32,000 nt of DNA, from contig JACKCN010000001.1 in assembly GCA_020634015.1 (NCBI GenBank), positions 813,114 to 845,113 on the forward strand, in the 5' to 3' direction. The position numbers were made by a program, and so were the translations under genes. Below are positions 1 to 9,312 of the stretch, piece by piece. Position 1 is the stretch's first letter. Each line of letters starts with the position of its first letter. The DNA is from Candidatus Delongbacteria bacterium. Lineage in GTDB: Bacteria; CAIWAD01. A model generated the notes under the pieces. The model did no database searches. It was given only the letters and a program-made list of their open reading frames with translations, and had not been told where the DNA came from.

Positions 1-237
1 ATTGCCTGCATTGTCCTCGGTGACATCCGCCTGCATGGCGACCAGATAATCCGCACCCAGCAGGGCAGCCGCCACCGCGCCAGTGTTGACGAAGTCCTGA
101 ACCTGGGGAACCACCAGATTCTTCTGGATCACACCGCTCAATTCCACTTCCGGACTCACCGGCGGCCGGCCCGCCAGGGTCGTTGTGGCTGCCAGCAGCA
201 GTCCCACTGCCGAAAGGGTCAGCAAATTCTTCATCAT
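1..237 (-). CDS. secreted hypothetical protein, N-terminal ~79 codons only (gene continues past the left edge)
   Basis: Manual minus-strand translation from tandem ATGs at 237/234 gives MMKNLLTLSAVGLLLAATTTLAGRPPVSPEVELSGVIQKNLVVPQVQDF..., open to position 1 with no stop. The N-terminus looks like a signal peptide. GAGGAG Shine-Dalgarno lies at 240-245 (complement). It is absent from the ORF track because no stop lies in the window. Confidence 0.5.
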   Translation of the reverse strand, partial: MMKNLLTLSAVGLLLAATTTLAGRPPVSPEVELSGVIQKNLVVPQVQDFVNTGAVAAALLGADYLVAMQADVTEDNAGN

Positions 238-254
238 GACTCCTCTACCCCGCG

Positions 255-291
255 GGGGGGGATTTGAAAAAACAGTCCCCCGCCCCTTGTG
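255..291 (-). terminator. Rho-independent terminator of the 1134-aa T9SS cargo gene
   Basis: The minus strand reads UCCCCCGCCC-ACAA-GGGCGGGGGA (10-bp GC stem) followed by CUGUUUUUUC. It starts about 22 nt after the TAA stop at 313-315. Confidence 0.65.
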
Positions 292-312
292 GGCGGGGGA
301 CATTCGTTCGAG

Positions 313-3300
313 TTACTTGAGCAGCACCATCTTGTGCAGATCCGTGAAGTCGTTGGCTTCCAGGCGGTAGTAATACACGCCGCTGGCCAGGGACGACCCG
401 TCGAGCACCACGTTGTGCCAGCCGGCATTCAGCTCACCGGACACCAGAGTACGCACCTGCTGGCCGAGCGTGTTGTACACGGTCAGACGCACGTTGGCCG
501 CCTCGGGCAGACCGAAGCGCAGGTTGGTGGTGGGATTGAAGGGATTGGGGAAGTTCTGCCCCAGGCTGTAGCTGGTGGGCAGGGCGTCCACTTCGGGCAT
601 GTCCAGCGACAGATCGACAGGCGTGTTGGCCCCATCACGGGCCGCCAGCACCTCCAGGTCCAGGGCATTGCTGTTGGACAGGTTCAGGCGCAGCACCGCA
701 TTCTCGGTGAGCATGCCGCCGTTGCCGGCCACGTCAATCACCCAACCATCGGCCGAGGCGTAGCTCATCACCAGAGCACCGTCGCAGCTCGCACCCAAGA
801 GGCTCTGACCGGAGTTGATCCGCAGACTGTAGGCCATCAGGCTGCCGTCCAGAGCGATCTCGACCTGGCCATCGGCCACGCTGTTCAGCACCAGGCTGGA
901 AGCGGATGCGATCAGGGCATCCTTGTGGATCTCGGGACCATCGGCGCCCGTCAGGGGCGAGGTGCAGCCCAGGCTGTAGTTGATGGCGAAAATCACCAGG
1001 TCTTCGAAGTTGATCAGGCCGTCGGGATTCGGAAGGCCGAAAGCCGTGAAGTCCGAAGTGGGAGCCACATCCAGTTCATCCGAATCACCGGCTTCCCATG
1101 TTCCAACGGTCGCACCAGGATCTGAGGTCGTACCGTAATAGCTGGACAGGGAAATCGTCAGATCCTCCATGCACACGGCACCATTGTAGCTCCCCGGACC
1201 ACCGTACCAGTCACCGAGGAAGTAATTGGTCGCACTGGCAAGGTTGCTCAGAAGCGAATCATTGGCGCAGTCGTACACAGACAGTTTGTAGTCATAGACA
1301 CCGCGGTCCGTGTAGGTATTGGCGAAGGAGGCATCCGTGTATCCCGTCGAATCCTTGTCGATGACGGCTACGAAATCGAACACGGTGCCCACCGGAGGCA
1401 ACCCGTCATTCCCCGACATCGAGACCATGTCATTGTAGTAGGGATAGCTGACTCGTTTGGAGCGATAGAGCTTGTAGCTGTCACTTCCATTTCCGCCGGA
1501 CCAGCTCAGACGAACGGCATTGTGGCGGGGAGATGCAGCCAGATTGGTGATGGGTGCTGCTGAAACGGCATCTTTGGTGAAAACCCAGCTGGCTTCGGTG
1601 CTCTCGTAGCACACATCATCCACAAGCTTCACCTGGATCGAATGACTCATGTTGTCTGACAGACCAGACACATCGGCAAGGAAGGATCCACCGGTCAGCG
1701 GGGAGCCGACGATACCTGTGATTGCATCAATCCAGGTGCCCGTGTTGTCGAAGCGATACTGAACCTTGTCCAGATCCACATTGTCGGTGGCGTCCACCAG
1801 CACGGTGAAATCGCCATCAACGCAGGTGTCCAGCGGGAACTGCGGGAATGTGGCTGCAAAGGCCGGCACAGTATCGTCCACAACCACGGTCAGAGGATCG
1901 CCCGGCAGGACGGGCACAAGGTCAAAGCCCCCGCCTGCACGCGGAGCGCGGAAATCACTGAATGTGAACTGCACCTGAGCCAACAGGTCTTCGCTGGCAT
2001 CGCCCCAGAAGTCCACCTGGAACAGTTCACCCTCGAAGCTGCTGGGTGTCGCCGCGGACTGGGCCCAGCTGACATCGATGGTGCCCCCGTTGCTGCCGAA
2101 ACCCGTGGCCGTGGCGAACAGCGAGGGATAGCCGGTTTCATTCAAGGTGATCGAATGCGCATTCAGCGCGGTCGGGAAGGTCATCATCACATGGTAGGCG
2201 AAGATCGAGCTGCCACCCAGATTGGACAGCTGCACGCTCACTCGGGTGTTGGGCTCGCAGCCCCCATTCGCCACGGAAATGTGAGTCGGATCCAGGGCAA
2301 CCATCTCGAGATGTGGGCCATCGGTGAAGTCAACTTCACCCAGACGGCCGTCTTTCAGTTCAATGCTCAGGCCGTCCAGATATCCATCGAAGCCATTCCA
2401 GTTACTGTCAGTATGAATTGAGAACGCGAGAATCTCCTCACCGGAATAGTCGTGTGCCCAAGGCATGGGTCCGGCAGAAAACTGTTCAATGGTTCCGAAT
2501 TGACCCGGAGCACGGGTCTTGTCTTCCAGATACAGCTTCGGTGTTGCCGACGCGGCATTGTCGGTTGACCAAAGACGCCAGACATTGTCTTCCTGAGTAT
2601 AGAAGGGTCCACCAGGTCCGTGCATCGGCTGGGCATATATCCGGCTGTTGTACCAGCCGGTTGATATTGGCTTGGTATAGATCTGAATCCAGAAATCATC
2701 GCCAACCGGAATGCTGTTGGGCTTCTTGGTATGGAAGGAGAAGTTCTTCAGGTCACCGATCGTTACTTCGTGATCCAGTCCGAACAGATCATCAAGAGAT
2801 ACGGCAGCGCCATGAAGATTGGGCTTCTCGTCATCACGATAGTAGGTGTAGTAGTTGATCTTGCCGCTCGCCGGTCCCTGCCAGCAGTCAGCTCCCCAGC
2901 CCGTGGGTGCTCCACTGGCCACTCGGGGCAGTTCCTCGTCGGGAACCGCGGGGCTCTGGGTGAATCGGGTGATGCCGTCGGTCATGTCCACTTCACCGAC
3001 ATCACCATTTTCGAGCGTAATGGTCAAACCATCGATCATACCGTCAAAACCGTTGTAATTGGATGCGGTCTGAATGGAAATCATCAGCACGGTTTCGGTG
3101 CGATAGTCACGCGGAGTCACGGAAGTCCAGGGCACGATGCCATCACTCAGTTGTGACAGCGTCGCATACTCACCCGATGTGGATCTGAGGGGAGTGAAGT
3201 CATAGAACAGCAGCTGATTGTTGGGACCGGAAAGGTCCGTTGTCCAGAAGCGCCAATTATCATCGTCCGAAGTGAACCCTGAGTATCCCACATCAGGTTG

Positions 3301-3717
3301 GGTTTCCAGACGGCTGTTGTACCAACCACCATTTCCCGGGGGAGCAGTGTAGATGACGATAAAGAAATCTTCATTGTCCGGAACTGAGTCTGCACTCAAT
3401 TTCTTGGTGTAGAAACTGATTGACTCCAGATCATCCATGGTGATCGGAGTGGGGCCGAACAGATCTGACAGTGTCACGATGGTCCCCGTGGGAAGATCGC
3501 CCTGTCCCACGTGGTAGTTCATCTTGTTGTTGGGTCCAGCAACCGGCCCCTGCCAACATGTGTTCCCCCAGATTCCTCCTGCTCCATCATCACTGATTCG
3601 GCGGCATTGTTCTTCGTCATATTGGAACGGAACCGCTTCTTGGTGCACAGTCGCAGCCTGGGCAACACCAGCTGCCGTCAAGCCCAGTGCCAGTACAATT
3701 CTCAATCCCCTTTTCAT
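313..3717 (-). CDS. T9SS-secreted modular surface protein: tandem unassigned beta-rich head domains plus cohesin-like/Ig/FN3/dockerin-like stalk and type-A sorting domain
   Basis: 1134-aa ORF with ATG at 3717 and signal peptide MKRGLRIVLALGLTAAGVAQA. It carries two tandem head domains of about 200 aa. FN3-like segment: PITNLAASPRHNAVRLSWSGG..SYKLYR. Dockerin-like segment: DELDVAPTSDFTAFGLPNPDGLINFEDLVIFAINY. C-terminal T9SS CTD: LGQNFPNPFNPTTNLRF...LASGVYYYRLEANDFTDLHKMVLLK. Confidence 0.9.
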   Translation of the reverse strand: MKRGLRIVLALGLTAAGVAQAATVHQEAVPFQYDEEQCRRISDDGAGGIWGNTCWQGPVAGPNNKMNYHVGQGDLPTGTIVTLSDLFGPTPITMDDLESISFYTKKLSADSVPDNEDFFIVIYTAPPGNGGWYNSRLETQPDVGYSGFTSDDDNWRFWTTDLSGPNNQLLFYDFTPLRSTSGEYATLSQLSDGIVPWTSVTPRDYRTETVLMISIQTASNYNGFDGMIDGLTITLENGDVGEVDMTDGITRFTQSPAVPDEELPRVASGAPTGWGADCWQGPASGKINYYTYYRDDEKPNLHGAAVSLDDLFGLDHEVTIGDLKNFSFHTKKPNSIPVGDDFWIQIYTKPISTGWYNSRIYAQPMHGPGGPFYTQEDNVWRLWSTDNAASATPKLYLEDKTRAPGQFGTIEQFSAGPMPWAHDYSGEEILAFSIHTDSNWNGFDGYLDGLSIELKDGRLGEVDFTDGPHLEMVALDPTHISVANGGCEPNTRVSVQLSNLGGSSIFAYHVMMTFPTALNAHSITLNETGYPSLFATATGFGSNGGTIDVSWAQSAATPSSFEGELFQVDFWGDASEDLLAQVQFTFSDFRAPRAGGGFDLVPVLPGDPLTVVVDDTVPAFAATFPQFPLDTCVDGDFTVLVDATDNVDLDKVQYRFDNTGTWIDAITGIVGSPLTGGSFLADVSGLSDNMSHSIQVKLVDDVCYESTEASWVFTKDAVSAAPITNLAASPRHNAVRLSWSGGNGSDSYKLYRSKRVSYPYYNDMVSMSGNDGLPPVGTVFDFVAVIDKDSTGYTDASFANTYTDRGVYDYKLSVYDCANDSLLSNLASATNYFLGDWYGGPGSYNGAVCMEDLTISLSSYYGTTSDPGATVGTWEAGDSDELDVAPTSDFTAFGLPNPDGLINFEDLVIFAINYSLGCTSPLTGADGPEIHKDALIASASSLVLNSVADGQVEIALDGSLMAYSLRINSGQSLLGASCDGALVMSYASADGWVIDVAGNGGMLTENAVLRLNLSNSNALDLEVLAARDGANTPVDLSLDMPEVDALPTSYSLGQNFPNPFNPTTNLRFGLPEAANVRLTVYNTLGQQVRTLVSGELNAGWHNVVLDGSSLASGVYYYRLEANDFTDLHKMVLLK
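2317..3585 (-). repeat. intragenic tandem duplication: two diverged copies of a ~200-aa domain (aa ~45-248 and ~271-467 of the 1134-aa protein)
   Basis: The copies are colinear. Each motif is given as copy 1 / copy 2: CWQGPVAGPNNKMNYH / CWQGPASGKINYYTYY; SLSDLFGP..DDLESISFYTKK / SLDDLFGL..GDLKNFSFHTKK; DFFIVIYTAPPGNGGWYNSR / DFWIQIYTKPISTGWYNSR; NWRFWTTD / VWRLWSTD; NGFDGMIDGLTITLENGDVGEVDMTDG / NGFDGYLDGLSIELKDGRLGEVDFTDG. Confidence 0.8.
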
Positions 3718-3784
3718 CTTCTGACCCTTTCATCCAGTGTGCGGATCAAGGCGTCCTTCGGGCACTTACCTGAAAGACAGATCC

Positions 3785-3810
3785 GCGCCCCCCGCAGTTG
3801 CGGGGGGCGC
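3785..3810 (-). terminator. GC-rich hairpin downstream of the 1804-aa gene (probable terminator)
   Basis: Perfect 11-bp stem gcgccccccgc / gcggggggcgc with a 4-nt loop, 17 nt after the stop at 3827-3829. The trailing minus-strand sequence GGAUCUGUCUUUC is only moderately U-rich. Confidence 0.5.
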
Positions 3811-3826
3811 GCACCTTGTTCGTGTG

Positions 3827-6800
3827 TTACTTGACCAGAACCATCTTCTTCAGGTCCTGGAAATTGCCGCTCAGCATCCGGTAGTAGTAAACACCACTGG
3901 CCAGGCTGCTGCCGTCAAACGTCACCTCATGCCATCCCGCCTGCAGGGTCGAGTTCACCACGGTGGCGACTCTCTGGCCCAGAGTATTGTAGACGGAAAG
4001 CTCCACCTGGCCGGCTTCGGGAAGCGCGAAACGCAGGGTGGTGGTGGGGTTGAAGGGGTTGGGGTAGTTCTGCTCCAGGCTGTACACCGTGGGCAGGGTG
4101 CCCATGCCGGACTCGGTGGTGCTCACGGACTGGGCATTGTTGTTCATGTCGCGTCCGTCAACCGATTCCAGATTGATGTCTCCGTAACCTGAGAAGCGCA
4201 AATGCACGATGGAACTGGCATCCAGCAGCTCGCCCTGGCCAACCACGTCAATCATGTAGCCACCGGGAACGGCATAGCTCAGGGCCAGACCGTTGTCGCA
4301 ACCGACACCACTCAGGGAGCGGTCGGTGCGCACGAAGGCACTGTAACCCATCAGCTGTCCGTCCAGCGTCAGCCGGGTTTCGTCGGCCAGCACATTCAGA
4401 CCCACGGTGGCGGCAGAAGCAACCATCGCGTCCTTGTCGAAGGCCGGCATGTCGGGCGCCGCATCAAGGGGAGAATCACCACAGCTGAGGCGATAGTTGA
4501 TGGCCATGATGATCAGGTCTTCGAAGTTGATCCGGTGATCGGGACCGGGCAGCCCAAAGGCCGAATTGTCGGAGGTTGGGGCAACATCGATCTCGTCCTT
4601 GACGGAGCCATCAGTTGTCTCACCATAATGAACGGACATTCCGAAAGTCACATCGTTGAAACATACTGACCCATCATACAGTCCAAGCCCTCCGGCCGCA
4701 GCCCAGTCACCGAGGAAGTAGTTGGTGCTGGAGGCGATGTTGCTGGAAGCAGGCGTATTGTTCGCGCAGTCGTATGCCACCAACTGGTAGTCGTAGACTC
4801 CACGTGCTGCAACCGCGTGATCGAATGAAGTCGGATCCGCAGGACTGAAGGAGGCCAGCTCGACTCCGGTAGTCGGGTCACCCACAGGGGGCAGGCCATC
4901 ATCGGGGAGCCCGGGAATGCCGTCGTTGTAGTAGGGGTAACCCGCACGAATCTTGCCATAGAGCTTGTAGCTGGTATAATTGCTGCCAGCGGTCCAGCTG
5001 AGGTGCACGACCCCGTGATCCGGAGTGGCAACCAGATTGGTCGGAGCTACCGGATTTCCCGTATCGACGACAAAGCCAAACGACTCGACATTGCTGGCAT
5101 TGCAGACGGAGTCCAGATAGCGCACATACAGTGTACGGGGTCCTTCAACCAGCAGTGCCCCGACAGTCGTGAACAATCCGCCGCTGTGATTCAGGCCGCT
5201 GAGACCCGTGATCGCATCGGTCCAGTTTGCATTGTCGAATGAATACTGCACGCGCGCGAGATCCAGATTGTCTGAGCCGCTGATGCCTGTGACCTGGATC
5301 TCCGCATTGGTCTGGTAGAATTCATTGGGCGAATCACCACAGTTCACATCGGGGAAGACCGCAGTCAACAAGGAGGGACTGACTCCATCGACTTCAACGA
5401 CGGTTGCAGCACTTTCCGTGACGGGCAACAGAATGAAACCGTTGCCATCGTGCTGGCGGAAGTCAGCCAATGTCAGGGTGATCGATGCAGCGCCGTCATC
5501 CGCAACACCGTCAAAGACGACCGTGAACAAGTCGCCGGTCTGGGTGCTTGATGCGGTCGGGCCGTAAAGTACCCAGTCCACCAGCAAGGGTGCCGGGCCG
5601 TTCAATCCCGTGGTATAGGTCAGACCCTGCCCACCCGGATTGTACAGGTTCGTGTACGCGATTGGAACCAGACTTGTCGGATAGCTGATCTGGAAATTGT
5701 AGGCGAAATAGGGCAGCATGGAAAAGTTCGGTGTGATGCCGAAAGTGACTGTCGTAGTCCCGGGACACCCCAGATCGTCCACCGCGATCCGATTGTCGCT
5801 GACGGTCTGGGTGGCGGTGAAGACATCCCCGATCCATGGCACGTAGTCAATGCCATCCGAGACGGCGTTGCCCGATCCTGTTGGATTGTAGAGGCCACTT
5901 GGTGTGTCATCGCTAGAATCCAAGGGTCCGTTGCCGGCGCCCCACCAATTGTTTTCTGCATCAATCACGGTGCCGATGGTCGCATTCCGCATGCCGTACG
6001 CGCTGTTTCCACTGATCACACAATTGGAAACCGTGACAGAAGTCGGGCTGGTATTGACGCCATACAATGTATTGCTGGCTTCGCCAATGCGGATACCCGA
6101 CGAGTACGCGCCTGTGCCACCACAACCCGTCACGACAAGGTTCGTCAACGTCACACTGCCGACCGTTGCCGGATTCGATCCGTATGTGCCCCCGTCGTTC
6201 CTGGCCTTGATCATCAACCCGGCGCCGTTGGGATCACCCGTGCCGCAATTGGTGAATGTCGAATTCTGCACGACGATGTTGTCATAGTCCGTGCGCCACT
6301 TGAGATTGAAGTCAAAACCTGCGCGGTGATTCAAGGAACCGCCGGTCCCGCTGTTCTCGACGGTCACATGATCGAAGAGAGCATTCGACAGGCGCTCAGT
6401 GTAGATGCCCTTGTTCAGATTGCCATTGAAAGTTGTATACGATACGCTCACATTGTCGAGAATCGGCTCGACACCACTGTTGGCGTCAGCGTACCACCCC
6501 ACATTGGGGCTGTCGTTGAATTCACAGTTGGTGACGACCAGACCATCGGCACTGGCAGCCGAAGCAAGCTTCAGACCCGCATTGGTGTTGTTGTTGAACT
6601 TTGATCCTGTGAGAATCAGGTCAACCAGACTGTTCAGACTGAGACCATAGTTCGAATTGCTGATCGATTCGACCTGATCAAGGGTATTGTGACTGCTGAC
6701 CACGAATCCAGTCGTGCAGCCCGTGGCCCGCACATTGGATACGATCACGCGGTTGAGGGCGTCCGCTCCGGCGCTGAGTGCCATCGCCACTCCACTCGCG

Positions 6801-9241
6801 GGAGCGACGATCGTACCGCCAGCACCAGCACCCGCGCCATCCACATGCACGACCTTGTTCACCAGCACATTCTCGACGAAGGTGCCCTGCTCCACGTTGA
6901 TCAGGTCACCGGCATCCGCCGCATCCACACCGCGCTGGATCGAACCGGAAGCGGAGGTCACGAACAGTTCGCCGGTCTTGACGCGAACCAATCCCAGAGC
7001 GCCATTGTCCAGGGCATGGGTGATCTTGTCTTCGATGGCGTTGTTCTGGGAAAGACTGGCCACACCGCCTGTCAGACCATCAAACTCGACACCGGTGGCG
7101 TCCAGGTCGCCCGCATTTGACACGAGAGTGATGTAATCCCCACTCTGTCCACTGAAGTCCAGGTCGCTCAGGCTGGTGACGGATGCCGAGGAGTTTTCGA
7201 CCGAAAGGCCTGTCACACCACCGTTGGCGTTGACACCACTTCCAATGGCCAGTTCAACCGCAGCATGCGCCGTACTGAGCGGGCTGTCCAGCACACGAAT
7301 ACCTGTCTGGGCGTTGGTGATGGGCAGGGAGGATACGGTGGCATGAGCACCGCTGCCCGCATCACTGGAATAGCCTTCATAGTTGTTGAGGAACAGGCCC
7401 ATGTCCACATTGTCGATGCTGCCACCACTGATGGTGGGCATGCCCGAAGCAGCGACATTCCAGACCTGGATTCCGATGCTTCCCGGAACCGCACCTGAGC
7501 CATTCACCGTGTTTCCAGACACAGTGTGAGTCGCGTCACTCAACGAAGCCAGCAGGATTCCGTCCCACTTGGTTTCGTTCGCATCCCAGACCGCCGTGAT
7601 GTTGTTGTTGGAAAGGGTGAGGCCGCTGGGGCTCCCCGTGAACAGATTGTGGAAGATGCCGCGACGCCGCACGGACATTGTGTTGCCGGAAATCTCCTGA
7701 TAAATCGCTGCACCTGGATTCGCTGAATGGAAGTTTCCGGTCTGCACTCCCATGCGCACATTGCTCATGACATTGTTCGTGATATGCGCGTACTGACCGT
7801 TGTAGATCAGAACGGCACCACCCCAGAAATCGATTCCCGAAGCACCATCATAGGTTCCAAGATTCTGGAACAGATTGTCTTCAATCGTGTGTCCGGATGT
7901 GGCGGGGGCCGAATAGGAGGCCCCGAAGAGTGTCACACCGAAGTAGGTGAGATTCCTGAAGATGTTTTCCTGAATTGTCACATCATCAATGTTGTTCTCG
8001 TAGGTCGTGATCCCCTCGGCGCAATGCATGTCAGCACCGAAACCGTATCCGTTGCTGGCGAAAGCAGGGTTGTCGCCATCAAGCACGAAGCCGCGAATGC
8101 TTGTGCCGTCGGCCCCTGCAGCGATGTGAAAGATTTCTCCGGAAGACGGAGCATCCACGGCCGGGACGACGATCGCTTCTGCCACGCGTGGGCCGCCATT
8201 CGGGGAAATGCCATAGTTGGGTCCGCGCAGATCGACCGAAGTACCGACAATGACATTCTCAGCATAGATTCCGGCGTCCACTTCGATGATGTCACCACTG
8301 CTGGCTGCATCGATGGCGGACTGGATCGTGAAATGGTCCGTCAGTTGCGACACATTGTGAACGGGAGGCGGCGGTCCGAAAGTGATCGTGTTCCCCACGT
8401 TGTAGAAACTGCTTGTGAACTGATTGACATAGACACTGGCACCCGCATTGCCACTGCCCACACCGAACTGCACGCTGGTGACGATAGCGTCTTCATCGGC
8501 GATCAGGTCATAGACATCCTGGATGGTCTTGCTTCCAAAAAACGTGAGTCCGGAGGTGGACATATCCGACAGAGTCATGGGATTGCTGATGGTGCCCGCA
8601 AGAACCGTGCGATCGAAGAACCACCATTTGCCGGTATTGAAGTCAACCGTTTCCGTATGCCACAGCCCATCGGATGTGCCACCGTTGAGATTGCCGGGTT
8701 CGTAGATCAGCACTTTGTCCCAGGCATTCTCACCCGTGCGGGTGGACACGCCCGTACTGCCGAAGTCTGCGGTCTTGACGCCGAGCTTGACAGAGGGAGT
8801 CACACTGACCGTTCCATTGCCCATCCAGGAGTAACTCAGGGTCATTCCCGGACCGAATGCCACATCGCCGCTGCAGTGGCCACTGGCATCGTCCTTGCGA
8901 TGTGAAATCTGGCTCTTGCCGGATCCGTTCGCGCCAATCATCAGGTGTGTTGCACCGGTATAAGTCCCGGATGGGACGGTGCCGGGAGCCGGCCCGAATG
9001 AGATCTGAGCCAGAATATCCGCATCATGTGCCGACGTGCCGACCGCGGTGGCTTCCGGATCATCCGTCAGCGTGTCGCTGACCAGATTCGTGCCCGCTGG
9101 TGGCAAGCCAGTCCCATCCGCTCGAGTATCATCCGAATACCAGCCATTGTCTCCCAATGCGGAGACATTGACTTCAGCTGCGAAGACCGAACTCGCGCAC
9201 ATCGCGAGGCTCAGCAGCCAAATCCATTTTCCATGTCTCAT
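3827..9241 (-). CDS. giant T9SS-secreted surface protein: N-terminal beta-sandwich-like domain, two right-handed beta-helix (pectate-lyase/NosD-like) modules, cohesin-like/Ig/FN3/dockerin-like stalk, type-A sorting domain
   Basis: 1804-aa ORF with ATG at 9241, AAGGA SD and signal peptide MRHGKWIWLLSLAMCASSVFA. Two beta-helix entry motifs are present: FTIQSAIDAASSGDIIEVDAGIYAENVIV and SIQRGVDAADAGDLINVEQGTFVENVLV. Both are followed by long N/G/T/S-rich repeats. The C-terminal 661 aa are colinear with the neighbouring paralog. CTD: LEQNYPNPFNPTTTLRF...LASGVYYYRMLSGNFQDLKKMVLVK. Confidence 0.9.
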   Translation of the reverse strand: MRHGKWIWLLSLAMCASSVFAAEVNVSALGDNGWYSDDTRADGTGLPPAGTNLVSDTLTDDPEATAVGTSAHDADILAQISFGPAPGTVPSGTYTGATHLMIGANGSGKSQISHRKDDASGHCSGDVAFGPGMTLSYSWMGNGTVSVTPSVKLGVKTADFGSTGVSTRTGENAWDKVLIYEPGNLNGGTSDGLWHTETVDFNTGKWWFFDRTVLAGTISNPMTLSDMSTSGLTFFGSKTIQDVYDLIADEDAIVTSVQFGVGSGNAGASVYVNQFTSSFYNVGNTITFGPPPPVHNVSQLTDHFTIQSAIDAASSGDIIEVDAGIYAENVIVGTSVDLRGPNYGISPNGGPRVAEAIVVPAVDAPSSGEIFHIAAGADGTSIRGFVLDGDNPAFASNGYGFGADMHCAEGITTYENNIDDVTIQENIFRNLTYFGVTLFGASYSAPATSGHTIEDNLFQNLGTYDGASGIDFWGGAVLIYNGQYAHITNNVMSNVRMGVQTGNFHSANPGAAIYQEISGNTMSVRRRGIFHNLFTGSPSGLTLSNNNITAVWDANETKWDGILLASLSDATHTVSGNTVNGSGAVPGSIGIQVWNVAASGMPTISGGSIDNVDMGLFLNNYEGYSSDAGSGAHATVSSLPITNAQTGIRVLDSPLSTAHAAVELAIGSGVNANGGVTGLSVENSSASVTSLSDLDFSGQSGDYITLVSNAGDLDATGVEFDGLTGGVASLSQNNAIEDKITHALDNGALGLVRVKTGELFVTSASGSIQRGVDAADAGDLINVEQGTFVENVLVNKVVHVDGAGAGAGGTIVAPASGVAMALSAGADALNRVIVSNVRATGCTTGFVVSSHNTLDQVESISNSNYGLSLNSLVDLILTGSKFNNNTNAGLKLASAASADGLVVTNCEFNDSPNVGWYADANSGVEPILDNVSVSYTTFNGNLNKGIYTERLSNALFDHVTVENSGTGGSLNHRAGFDFNLKWRTDYDNIVVQNSTFTNCGTGDPNGAGLMIKARNDGGTYGSNPATVGSVTLTNLVVTGCGGTGAYSSGIRIGEASNTLYGVNTSPTSVTVSNCVISGNSAYGMRNATIGTVIDAENNWWGAGNGPLDSSDDTPSGLYNPTGSGNAVSDGIDYVPWIGDVFTATQTVSDNRIAVDDLGCPGTTTVTFGITPNFSMLPYFAYNFQISYPTSLVPIAYTNLYNPGGQGLTYTTGLNGPAPLLVDWVLYGPTASSTQTGDLFTVVFDGVADDGAASITLTLADFRQHDGNGFILLPVTESAATVVEVDGVSPSLLTAVFPDVNCGDSPNEFYQTNAEIQVTGISGSDNLDLARVQYSFDNANWTDAITGLSGLNHSGGLFTTVGALLVEGPRTLYVRYLDSVCNASNVESFGFVVDTGNPVAPTNLVATPDHGVVHLSWTAGSNYTSYKLYGKIRAGYPYYNDGIPGLPDDGLPPVGDPTTGVELASFSPADPTSFDHAVAARGVYDYQLVAYDCANNTPASSNIASSTNYFLGDWAAAGGLGLYDGSVCFNDVTFGMSVHYGETTDGSVKDEIDVAPTSDNSAFGLPGPDHRINFEDLIIMAINYRLSCGDSPLDAAPDMPAFDKDAMVASAATVGLNVLADETRLTLDGQLMGYSAFVRTDRSLSGVGCDNGLALSYAVPGGYMIDVVGQGELLDASSIVHLRFSGYGDINLESVDGRDMNNNAQSVSTTESGMGTLPTVYSLEQNYPNPFNPTTTLRFALPEAGQVELSVYNTLGQRVATVVNSTLQAGWHEVTFDGSSLASGVYYYRMLSGNFQDLKKMVLVK

Positions 9242-9312
9242 CTCTCTGTCCTTTCAGAACAAGTGGGTCACGGTCACGGCTTGTGCACGCGACCGATCCG
9301 AGGTTTCGGGTC

